From Candidatus Gastranaerophilales bacterium (GTDB lineage: Bacteria > Cyanobacteriota > Vampirovibrionia > Gastranaerophilales > Gastranaerophilaceae), in NCBI GenBank assembly GCA_947857085.1, contig CANUDF010000001.1, forward strand, positions 3,841 to 67,840: a DNA stretch of 64,000 nt, read 5' to 3'. Numbering within the stretch: the first letter of the stretch is position 1; every line of letters starts with the position of its first letter. Shown here in pieces: positions 37,475-46,700 of the stretch. A program made the translations under genes and the position numbers. Below the pieces are notes generated by a model. That model did no database searches. It was not told the origin of the DNA and saw nothing but the letters and a program-made list of their open reading frames with translations.

Positions 37475-38677
37475 TTATACATTATAACCTAAGTATCTCA
37501 GTCCTGAATTTGTATTTTCGTTTCTAATTGGCAATTCATCCCTAAGAAGTCCAATAACTTCTTGTGCTGTGGATTCCCCAAAATATCTTATAGAAGAATT
37601 TTTTATTAATTTATCAAGTTCTTTTGGAGAAGCTATTTTTAATTTCTGAATACACGATTTTACATCTTTTACATTGTTTTCTTTTGCAAATTTCTCCTTC
37701 CAGTTAAATCTTACAGAATTGGTCAAATAAGTATTTATGTTATTTGCGAGAAATTCGGATATATCTTCTAAATTTGCACTATCTATGTTCTGATCCGAGA
37801 ATATTTCTAGTGCATTTTTTCTATAATTCAATCTGATGCCTTCATTATCCCATACAGAATCAGAAATTATCCAATTATGATATTCTTGAATACAATTTTT
37901 TAAAAGTTTTGCTTTTTGTTCACTATTTAAATTGTTTACTTCAAATGAATAGTAGTAATCTTTTGAAGAATTATTCTCTGAATGATGGAATAAGTAATTC
38001 AAGAAACTATCTATTTCAAATTTTAGCGGTGAATTTTTCCAAATTCTACCATAGGATTCATATTGTTTTGACAACTCATTATATTCATTCAGGAACTGTT
38101 CATAACTACATTTTTCAGTAAGCTCTTTTGGCAATTTAATAATTGGTTTTAAATCAGGATTAAAACCTTCTGTATCAATATAAGTTGAATTATTCAATGC
38201 TTCATCCAACATTTCTTGATTAACTGGTGTTCCAAGTTCCCAAATTTCATTGTACATTGCTTCAAATCTATCAACATCTAATATATCACCGGCAACACCT
38301 GTTTCATAGTTTACATATAATCCTCTATAGGTCATATTAGCAGAGGTTACAACCGAATAATCATCCATTAAATACATTTTTGCGTGTAAATGTTTTAAGC
38401 TTCTTAATTCACAATTATTACCTAAGAAAAATTTTAAAATTTTATAATTATTGATTGAAATATTATTCAAATCAGTAAGAAGTCTGAAATTTGGCTTGTG
38501 TTTCTTAATTTTGCTTATTTGAAAAATATAATAAAAAATCTTTTCACTACTTATAAATGGTGAAGATATCCATAGACGATTACATATTCTGCCTGAATGT
38601 TCGTGTAGATAATTGGTAATACAATCCATTTTTGTAGTATACCTAAAATCAATTAAATTATTAATTAAATCTGCCAT
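37475..38677 (-). CDS. Single-HKD phospholipase D-superfamily nuclease (Nuc/BfiI-like) with unknown C-terminal domain
   Basis: It has one canonical HxK(x)4D(x)6..SxN motif, LHAKMYLMDDYSVVTSANMT, in the N-terminal ~150 aa. The C-terminal ~230 aa end in an HhH-like segment, FGESTAQEVIGLL. Confidence 0.6.
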   Translation of the reverse strand: MADLINNLIDFRYTTKMDCITNYLHEHSGRICNRLWISSPFISSEKIFYYIFQISKIKKHKPNFRLLTDLNNISINNYKILKFFLGNNCELRSLKHLHAKMYLMDDYSVVTSANMTYRGLYVNYETGVAGDILDVDRFEAMYNEIWELGTPVNQEMLDEALNNSTYIDTEGFNPDLKPIIKLPKELTEKCSYEQFLNEYNELSKQYESYGRIWKNSPLKFEIDSFLNYLFHHSENNSSKDYYYSFEVNNLNSEQKAKLLKNCIQEYHNWIISDSVWDNEGIRLNYRKNALEIFSDQNIDSANLEDISEFLANNINTYLTNSVRFNWKEKFAKENNVKDVKSCIQKLKIASPKELDKLIKNSSIRYFGESTAQEVIGLLRDELPIRNENTNSGLRYLGYNV

Positions 38678-38789
38678 ACTTGCTCCTAAATACTATTATA
38701 TCTAACTATATTATTATAAATAAGCATACAAAACTAGTTCCGATAAATTGGTTCCGCAAATTTAAAAACTTTACTGATTTTTTATAAAT

Positions 38790-38940
38790 TTCTCAAACTC
38801 AATGTTACTTTTAAAAATCAGCTTTAAATATTTATATACATTAAATTTTAGGTGTTTATACATAAAACAAATTTATTGGGTTTGAGCCATAAAAGTTCCG
38901 CAAAATTACATTTTTTAAATTCTCAAACATATGTAATTTG
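38790..38940 (+). repeat. Right-end sites (ttctcaaac...gt(t/a)a(c/t)), inverted relative to 26172..26221
   Basis: The sites are ttctcaaactcaatgttactttt at 38790..38812 and aattctcaaacatatgtaatttg at 38918..38940. The first matches the reverse complement of 26199..26221 at 20 of 23 positions. Confidence 0.65.
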
Positions 38941-39078
38941 CCTTTCCGACCAATCCTGTTTATATTTCCGACCAATCCGTTTGTACTCATTTTATGTGTT
39001 ACTTTACACCTTATGATAATTTTTCCGAAACTTGGTGTTAATTTTTTAATTCCTTGCACAACTGGACTATACCAAAAT

Positions 39079-39262
39079 AATCAAACTATCCGTACACCTT
39101 AAAAACGGTGCTAAAACCAGCTATATTAAGAAAAAATCAAACTATCCGTACAGTCCCCAAAAAGTCCATTTCGGCAGTTTGATTTTTTTGGTAAACTTAA
39201 TTTTCCGACCCAAAAACGCCCTCGCAGAGCGGGCTGTCCAAAATAATCAAAGTATCCGTACA
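39079..39262 (+). repeat. Three direct copies of an 18-bp motif, aatcaaa(c/g)tatccgtaca
   Basis: The copies lie at 39079..39096, 39135..39152 and 39245..39262 (start spacings 56 and 110 bp). The reverse complement begins TGTAC. Confidence 0.8.
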
Positions 39263-39418
39263 AATAAAACCGGTCGTTAAATTACAATAGCCAAAATAAA
39301 TTAAATAATAAGTGCAGACAATAATAATTTTATTCAAGGGTAAATAATTATTTTTTTGGTCAATATATGGTCAATTTTTTTTAGTCGATTTTCGAGGGGG
39401 CTGAAACCCAATAAAAAA

Positions 39419-39490
39419 CTCCCCAGGTTGGACTCGAACCAACAACCTACCGGTTAACAGCCGGTTGCTCCGCCATTGAGCTACTGAGGA
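39419..39490 (-). tRNA. tRNA-Asn (anticodon GTT)
   Basis: The reverse complement TCCTCAGTAGCTCAATGG...CCGGCTGTTAACCGG...GGTTCGAGTCCAACCTGGGGAG folds into a cloverleaf with a CTGTTAA anticodon loop. CCA is not encoded. Confidence 0.9.
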
Positions 39491-39611
39491 TTATATCTTT
39501 ATTATATGATAAAAATTTTTCTTGTAAAGTACTTTTTTATAATTTTATTGGCAAATTGTACAGTTGTATGATAAAATAAATTATGTAATAGTTAGTGAAA
39601 AGGGGGTATAT

Positions 39612-40343
39612 ATGGCAAATCCTGTTTTTAACGATAATCTCGTTGAACAAACACATATTCTAGAGGGCGAACCCATGACAATTAACGGCGCCATTAACAA
39701 GACATTTATTTTATTTGCGTGTCTTATTGTATCAGCATGCTACACATGGTATCTTGCATTTAACGGGTTTACCGATAAAGCCCAAATGCTTACTTTCGGC
39801 GGCGCAATCGTCGGACTTATTTTAGCACTTGTTATTGTCTTTTCAAGAAAAGCAATGCACATACTTGCACCGATTTATGCAATTGCTGAAGGTTTCTTTA
39901 TAGGCGGTGTATCAGCCGTTTACGCAGCCGCTTATGCTGGTATTGTAATTAATGCTGTTATTGCTACATTTGCGGCGCTTGGTTCAATGCTTATACTTTA
40001 CAGAACCGGTTTAATTAAATGTACTGACAAATTCCGTTCCGTAATATTTACAGCAACGCTGTCAATTGCAATTGTATATTTAATTCAAATTATTGCATCG
40101 CTTTTCGGACGCGGAATCCCGCAAGTATTTACATCAAGCGCAATTGGTATCGGTTTCAGCCTTGTAGTAGTCGCAATTGCCGCACTAAATCTTATAATCG
40201 ATTTTGATTTTATTGAACGCGGCTCTCAAGGCATGCTTGAAAAAAAATATGAATGGTATGGAGCTTTCGGATTAATGGTTACGCTTATCTGGCTATACCT
40301 TGAAATCCTTAGATTGTTAGCTAAATTAAGTGATAGAAGATAA
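39612..40343 (+). CDS. Bax inhibitor-1/YccA-like integral membrane protein
   Basis: ATG 39612 has a GGGGG-type SD. It has an MANPVFN N-terminus, about 7 hydrophobic segments, and the C-terminal YLEILRLL motif typical of the BI-1-like family. Confidence 0.6.
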   Translation: MANPVFNDNLVEQTHILEGEPMTINGAINKTFILFACLIVSACYTWYLAFNGFTDKAQMLTFGGAIVGLILALVIVFSRKAMHILAPIYAIAEGFFIGGVSAVYAAAYAGIVINAVIATFAALGSMLILYRTGLIKCTDKFRSVIFTATLSIAIVYLIQIIASLFGRGIPQVFTSSAIGIGFSLVVVAIAALNLIIDFDFIERGSQGMLEKKYEWYGAFGLMVTLIWLYLEILRLLAKLSDRR

Positions 40344-40346
40344 ATT

Positions 40347-40376
40347 AAAAGCTCCCTTGAACGGGAGCTTTTTTTA
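40347..40376. terminator. Bidirectional rho-independent terminator between convergent genes
   Basis: aaaagctccc-ttgaac-gggagcttttttt has an A-run on one side and a T-run on the other. Confidence 0.7.
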
Positions 40377-41657
40377 AATAAGTTCGCCATATATTTTCCC
40401 GTCTACATAATCTGTAAGCTTAACCTGACGGATAGTATTACATAATCCTGCAATGTCTGTATTCAAATGGACTGTAAGATAATTTCTTGTAACCCCTTTG
40501 AGTTTTCCGTCATGTTTATCCGGACGTTTTTCAATAAGTACTTCTCTAATCTGCCCAATATTTTTTTCCACAAATTTTTTGAACTTGTATGCAGATATAT
40601 CCTTTACAATAGAAGCCCGCTTTACTTTTACACTATCATCAAGCTGGCAAGCCATAGATGCACCTGCGGTTCCCTGCCTTATCGAGTAAGGGAATGTATG
40701 AATCTGTGTCAATCCTGATTGTTCGAGATTTTTACGTGTAGTTTCAAAATCTTCATCAGTCTCACCCGCAAAACCCGTTATTATATCACTGCCCAAAAAC
40801 GGCATTTCAAACATTGCATTTATTTTATCAATCTGTTTTAGATAATATTCAACTGTATACAACCTATTCATTGATTTTAAAGTTTTATCACAGGCCGATT
40901 GGAGAGAAAGATGGAAATGCGGACAGAATTTTTCGGAAACGGAAAGAAAATCCAACATTTCGTCTGTAATTTCTAAAGGATTTAATGAACCCAGTCTGTA
41001 ACGTACGATTTTTGTCCTTTTTTCAACCTCTTTTAAAAGGTCAAGAAGTTCCAGACCAAAATCTTTTCCCCATAAACCAATATGAATACCGGTAAATACA
41101 ACTTCTTTAAACCCATGCGCTGATAAATTATTTATCTGTTCAATAATAAAATCAATATCTGCGCTGCGGCTTTTACCTCTTGCAAAAGGTATTATACAAT
41201 AAGAACATCTATTATCACATCCATCTTGAATTTTAAGACTTGCACGCGTTTTAGACATATCTGTAAGAACAGTTTTATTAAAAGTTTCAAGCTGCATAAT
41301 ATCTGAAGCATGAAGACGCTCATTTGTTGATACAAAATCAAATATATTTAACTTTTCATCATTACCAATTACATAATCAATAAACTCGTTTTTAAGAAGT
41401 TTTTCTTTTTCAATCTGTGCAAGACAGCCGGTTAATATAGTGATTATTTCCGGATTTTTATGTTTTGCATTACGCAAAAGATAAAGTGCTTCGTTGTCGC
41501 TTTTATGGGTTACAGAACAGGAATTAAGAACATAAGTATCTGCTTCTTCAAGTTTTGTAACCTTTTGCATGCCATTTTTTATCAAATTTTCTTCTATTAT
41601 TGACCCCTCGAACTGGTTCGATTTACAGCCCATTGTATGTATTAAAAATCTTTTCAT
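40374..41657 (-). CDS. mtaB: tRNA methylthiotransferase, MtaB-like (MiaB family radical SAM)
   Basis: It has an N-terminal MGCKSNQFEG, the radical SAM motif CDNRCSYCIIP, and a C-terminal TRAM-like domain. It is 427 aa. Confidence 0.7.
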   Translation of the reverse strand: MKRFLIHTMGCKSNQFEGSIIEENLIKNGMQKVTKLEEADTYVLNSCSVTHKSDNEALYLLRNAKHKNPEIITILTGCLAQIEKEKLLKNEFIDYVIGNDEKLNIFDFVSTNERLHASDIMQLETFNKTVLTDMSKTRASLKIQDGCDNRCSYCIIPFARGKSRSADIDFIIEQINNLSAHGFKEVVFTGIHIGLWGKDFGLELLDLLKEVEKRTKIVRYRLGSLNPLEITDEMLDFLSVSEKFCPHFHLSLQSACDKTLKSMNRLYTVEYYLKQIDKINAMFEMPFLGSDIITGFAGETDEDFETTRKNLEQSGLTQIHTFPYSIRQGTAGASMACQLDDSVKVKRASIVKDISAYKFKKFVEKNIGQIREVLIEKRPDKHDGKLKGVTRNYLTVHLNTDIAGLCNTIRQVKLTDYVDGKIYGELI

Positions 41658-41781
41658 TTTTCTATGATATTCAAAAGAAAAAATATTGTAAATAATTATT
41701 AAAAAGAATTAATCCGCTAGCAAATTAATTTACTTTTTTATTTTATATGTGTATAATAAAAGTGCGAAAGGTGTGTGTAAC

Positions 41782-42669
41782 ATGCAAATTAACGCTATGG
41801 CGGTTAATGCGCCACAAACAATAACTACCGGTCAAAACTTTAAAGGCAAACGTGATAATATTAATGCGTTTATTAACCTTGATGACAGGTCTATACAACA
41901 GATTGCTTATTTGAAAACAATAAAAAGTGTTGATGACAGGCGGCATAGAAAGCTTGACAAAAAGCTCATGGCTGCTGTTCCTGTTGCAGCCGGAATTGCT
42001 TCTGCAGCATTTTTAAAAGGCAAATTCTTTACCAATAAAGGAAGACTTGAAAAAATAATGCAGTTTAGTGGTACAACTGCTAAATGGTTTGCAGCATTCG
42101 GAATTATTGATTTAGTATTTGCAGCTAAAAACAAAGTTGAACAAAAATCTGAGAAAGCTCAAAATTTTGCAAAAAATAATCCTTTGTTATCTTTTGCCGG
42201 CGCAGCAGCATTAAGTTTCTTAGCTATTGCAGGTGCTAAAAAAGGCTTTGGCAAAGTATTAAACAAATATGGTGTTAAGATAGTTGATAAATACGATGAA
42301 AATATCACTAAAGCTTTATTAAAAACAGGAGAATTATTAGATAACAATAAAATATTAAACAAAATAGCTAAAGGAAAAGCTAAAATATCTAAAAAAATTC
42401 CGTCTGCAATCAAAGAATTTGGTAAAACGCTTCTAAGCTGGTCTCCAGTTCTTATTGGTACAGGAGCTGTTATACACTCTATCGACCATAACAAGACAAA
42501 AATGAGAACTTTTGCTGATAATTATAATGATTTGAAAACAAAACAATTAAATTTAGCAAGAAAAAGAAATGTAGAACTTTCGCTTCAAAATGACTTTTTC
42601 TTAACTAATCCTAAAAATAAAGAGGATTTAGAACTATTGAAAGATCCGAAAAAAGGTTTAGAAGTATAA
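41782..42669 (+). CDS. Hypothetical membrane protein with lineage-type N-terminal motif
   Basis: I prefer ATG 41782 (MQINAMAVN...NFKGK). It has several hydrophobic segments (AAVPVAAGIASAAFL, WFAAFGIIDLVFAA, LLSFAGAAALSFLAIAGA). Confidence 0.5.
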   Translation: MQINAMAVNAPQTITTGQNFKGKRDNINAFINLDDRSIQQIAYLKTIKSVDDRRHRKLDKKLMAAVPVAAGIASAAFLKGKFFTNKGRLEKIMQFSGTTAKWFAAFGIIDLVFAAKNKVEQKSEKAQNFAKNNPLLSFAGAAALSFLAIAGAKKGFGKVLNKYGVKIVDKYDENITKALLKTGELLDNNKILNKIAKGKAKISKKIPSAIKEFGKTLLSWSPVLIGTGAVIHSIDHNKTKMRTFADNYNDLKTKQLNLARKRNVELSLQNDFFLTNPKNKEDLELLKDPKKGLEV

Positions 42670-42682
42670 TAAGTTAATCATA

Positions 42683-42716
42683 AAAAAGACTGTTCCCAAG
42701 GGAACAGTCTTTTTTA
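42683..42716. terminator. Bidirectional rho-independent terminator
   Basis: The sequence aaaaagactgttcc-caag-ggaacagtctttttt lies between convergent genes. Confidence 0.7.
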
Positions 42717-42717
42717 T

Positions 42718-43592
42718 CTAAAATATTTTTATTGGTTTTTTAACAATCATTCTACAGTCTTTCACCATATCTTTGCAAATGTCATCCTGTAAAATTGCCC
42801 CGCAGTATTTTTGGCTCTTAATATAGCCGCTAATACATGCAGCACGATGATAATCAGCATCGGTTATTAGTAATCTTTCTTCTCGATTTTCACCGCTATA
42901 ATAATCATAAAGTACATTTACACTTATAAGGTTATTATAATTTTTCCCATCTTGTGCACCTTTTTTATATCCGGTTATGATTTTCCCTGATTTTAACTTG
43001 TAAAAAGGATAAACATCATCCCACAGTTTTCCTGCACCCAAAGTTCCATTTATGTCAATATATAATATATATCCTGTTCTATCATCTTCATTTTCTGCAT
43101 CTGATAAGTCATCTATTTCTCCATAATCGGAACCTATATATAGTTTTAAGCCATTAGTAAAAACTATATGCGGATTTATATCAAAAACACCTGATTTTGC
43201 ATATGCAGTAACTGTATTCGGTGTAATATTACAATTCTTTTCTGAAATATTAAAATGTTCAGAAATTTGTTCACAAAGCTTCATTGCCGAATCTGCTGCA
43301 ATTTTTTGGCTGTCTGTTTGACTTTCACAACTTTTATCCTGATTTTCAATATCTAAAATGCATTCTTCATACATGCTGTCAAATAAAATATCCTGTGAAA
43401 TATTTTTCACAATGTTATATCCAATATAATAGGCTGTAGAATCAATTTTTTTAATTTTACTTTGAGTTATTGGAAAAGTAATGCATAAAATTAACGAAAT
43501 AACTGTAAATACAGTTACAAGCTCGCCTAGTGTAAATGCTTGCTGAGAGTGGTTTGTATACTGCCCCCCCCCCTGTGACCTAATTTGTTCAT
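42718..43592 (-). CDS. Prepilin-type protein, frame interrupted at a G10 tract (uninterrupted body 42718..43410/43563)
   Basis: AAAGGAG lies 5 nt before ATG 43592 (MNKLGHRGGG). The body frame is open from 43563 and encodes QQA/FTLGELVTVFTVISLIL with E+5. The two frames join only if G10 were G11. The YIDINGTLG block resembles the other pilin-like ORFs. Confidence 0.6.
43564..43573 (-). repeat. Poly-G (minus strand) homopolymer, 10 nt, in the 5' leader of a pilin-like gene
   Basis: Counted directly on the plus strand: ctgCCCCCCCCCCtgtgacc. Confidence 0.9.
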
Positions 43593-43657
43593 ATTAACTC
43601 CTTTTGGTAATATAATATCATATTTCATAATAATTGACAATAAATTAATATGAACAT

Positions 43658-43691
43658 AAAAAAACTCCCTTTGAATAAAGGGAGTTTTTTT
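43658..43691. terminator. Rho-independent terminator downstream of nifJ
   Basis: aaaaaactcccttt-gaat-aaagggagttttttt is symmetric, with A and T runs. Confidence 0.7.
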
Positions 43692-43709
43692 ATGTATTTG
43701 GCAAAACGA

Positions 43710-46700
43710 TTATTTCATCAATTCACCAACTGCTTTGTAAACAGACATACGTTTTGCTGCATCTTCTTCAGCCTGATTGTAAAGAGCCTCAGCAGCTTCA
43801 GGATTCGTTTTCATCAATGATTTATAACGACCTTCACTTCTAATAAAGTCTTGATAACTGCCTTTAGGATCTTTAGCATCCCAAGTGAACGGCACTTCGT
43901 TTTCAGGGTTATATCTGTATAATGGGAAGTAACCGGCTTCAACAGCACGTTTTTGTTCTGTTTGAGTTTTACTCATATCAATACCGTGAGCAATACAAGG
44001 AGCATAAGCAAAAATGATTGATGGTCCTTTGTATGCTTCAGCTTCCTGGAATGCTTTCAGAGTTTGAGCTCTATCAGCACCAAGTGCAACTGAGGCAACA
44101 TATACATAACCATAAGACATACTCATCAAGCCCATGTTTTTCTTGTAAGTTCTCTTACCGCCTGTAGCAAACTTCGCAACAGCACCTGTAGGTGTTGATT
44201 TAGAAGCTTGACCGCCAGTATTAGAGTAAACTTCGGTATCAAGAACAAGAATATTAACATCTTGATTTTGAGCTAATACGTGGTCAATACCGCCGTATCC
44301 GATATCGTTAGCCCAGCCATCACCGCCGATAATCCAAACTGATTTATCAGTAAAGTAATCTTGAAGTTCTCTTACTTTTGCTAAATCAGGACAATCAACA
44401 TCAGCATATTTAGCAAGAACTTCTTTTGCTTTATTTTGAGCTGCAACAGCTTCTTCAGTTTTTGAATTATCGAAGTGTGAAATTGCTTCTTCCAAAGCTT
44501 GTTTCAAATCAGCCGGAGCTTTTTCACTTGCGATTACTTTTTCAACATAAGTTTTCAAAGTATCTCTGTTTTGGTCAACAGCTAATCTCATACCGAAACC
44601 AAACTCAGCGTTGTCTTCAAACAATGAGTTAGCCCAAGCAGGACCTCTGCCATCCTTATTAGTTGTATAAGGAATAGTCGGGAAAGTACCTGAATAAATT
44701 GATGAACATCCTGTTGCGTTAGCAACAATCATGTTTTCACCAAATAATTGTGAAACTAATTTAACGTAAGGTGTTTCACCACAGCCGGCACAAGCACCTG
44801 AGAATTCAAATAACGGTTTTCTCAACATTGCACCTTTAATAGTTTTAGTTGTATTTTTACCCATTACGTTATCAGGTAATTCATCAAAGAATTTTTCATT
44901 AACTAATTCACAAGCTTCTTCTTCTTTTTCAATAGTTGACCAGGTAAGAGCTTGTTTTTCAGGATTTTTGTTTGCAGGACACTGATCCACACAAACACCG
45001 CAGCCAGTACAATCTTTGCAGTAAACCTGAACTTTAAATTCTTCATCAGCTAAAGCAGGTCTAGCAGGAATTGTATTAAATGATGCAGGAGCATCTTTCA
45101 GATTTTCTTTTTCGATTAATTTAGTTCTGATAGCTGCGTGAGGACAAGCAGAAGCACAGATACCGCACTGTATACAAGCTTCTGAATTCCAGTGAGGAAC
45201 ACGCGGAGCAATACCGCGTTTTTCAAGGCAAGCTGTACCTGTCGGGATAACACCGTCAACGGACATTGCAGAAACAGGTATATCATCCCCTTTTTGTCTC
45301 ATTGAAGGTTCAATGATTTTCTTTGCAAAATCACTTGCTTCATCAGAGATTAATTTAACGTCATCAACACATCCAACGCCATCTAATGAAGCCGGAATAG
45401 GTACTTCTTCAGTTGCGTTAACAGCTGCGTCAATCAATGCTAAGTTCATGTTAACAACATCATCGCCTTTTTTCTTAAAGGTTTTCTTAGTCATTTCTCT
45501 CATACCTTCAAGAGCTTGTTCAAACGGAATAATGCCTGAAACTTTGAAGTATGCAACCATCATAACTGTGTTTGCACCTTTACCTCGCAAACCGGGCTGC
45601 TGTTCAATAAGTTTTTCTGCATCAACATTGTAGAATTTAATCTTCTTATCAATAATAGTTTTCTGCAAATCTCTTGTTAAGTGAGCAAAAGCTTCTTCTT
45701 TTGAGTAAGGGCTGTTAAGCAAGAATGTACCGCCCTCTTTGATACCTTTTAACAGGTCATATCTGCCAATGTATGCATGAGCTGAGCAGGATACAAAGTC
45801 AGGAGCTGTGATAAGGTATGTTGATTTAATCGGTTTGTCGCCGAATCTCAAGTGAGAAACAGTAACACCGAATGATTTTTTAGAGTCATAAGCAAAATAT
45901 GCCTGAGCATCTTTGTTTGTATATTGACCGATAATTTTAATTGAGTTTTTGTTCGCACCTACAGTACCATCTGAACCCAAGCCCCAGAACATGCAGTTTG
46001 TAGTACCTTCAGGTTCTGTAACAATATGTTCTTCAACTTTTAAAGATCTGTTAGTTACATCATCTTCAATACCAACTGTAAATCCATGGAAACCATTGTT
46101 TTCAGAGTGTTTATAAATAGCAAGAACCATTGACGGAGTAAATTCTTTAGAAGATAAACCGTAACGTCCGCCGATAACTCTGATATCTTTATTTTCAAGA
46201 GCTGCAACAACATCCATGTATAAAGGCTCGCCAATAGAACCCGGTTCTTTTGTTCTATCAAGAACAGCAATACGTTTAACAGATTTTGGTAAAGCCTCAT
46301 TGAAACGTTTAACATCAAATGGTCTGTATAATCTAACTTTAACCAAACCGTATTTAGTACCGCGTTTAGCATTTAAGTATTCAATTGTTTCTTCAATAGT
46401 TTCACAACCTGAACCCATAGCTACGATAACATCAGTTGCATCAGGAGCTCCGACGTAATCAAACGGATGATATTGTCTTCCGGTAACTGCTGCAACTTTA
46501 TCCATGTATTCCTGAACAATATCAGGAACCATATCGTAGTATTTGTTAACGGTTTCACGTCCCTGGAAGTAAACATCTGTATTTTGAGCCCCAACTTTAC
46601 AAACCGGAGCTTCTGGTCTCATTGCTCTTTGTCTGAATTCTTCAATATATTTAGGTTCAACTAATTTAGCAATATCTTCATAAGAGATTTCTTCAATTTT

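Larger units (their letters stand above)
26172..38823. mobile_element. Mu-family (MuA/MuB-like) transposon without phage structural genes; exact termini uncertain (right end could extend to ~39262)
   Basis: agctg..aagtaaca.t..gtttgagaa at the left is inverted at the right (ttctcaaactcaatgttactttt..cagct). Internally there are a DDE transposase, an AAA+ ATPase and a Mor-like gene. Confidence 0.55.
25389..39457. mobile_element. Genomic island at the 3' end of tRNA-Asn(GTT), bounded by ~47-bp imperfect direct repeats; no integrase seen
   Basis: The evidence is the direct repeats, composition that is visibly more AT-rich than the flanks, and the content (TA pair, MTases and nucleases, Mu-like transposition genes). 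Confidence 0.75.

Noticed and set aside
26342-38677. I considered a DISARM or BREX interpretation, because a PLD-domain protein and adenine MTases occur together.
   Set aside because: No helicase (DrmA/DrmD), DUF1998, PglZ, BrxC or Lon-like genes are present. The PLD gene is also separated from the MTases by the transposition module.
38856-39059. A 67-aa minus-strand ORF lies in the repeat block next to tRNA-Asn. I considered it as a possible integrase or excisionase remnant.
   Set aside because: The sequence is generated by the TTCCG and ttctcaaac repeats. It shows no HTH or R..H..R..Y integrase hallmarks and has no SD.
39079-39262. I considered whether the three 18-bp direct repeats are a CRISPR array or CAST-type guide locus.
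   Set aside because: There are only three copies, the repeats are too short, the spacing is irregular (56 and 110 bp), and there are no cas genes (no Cas12k, Cascade or TniQ) anywhere in the window.
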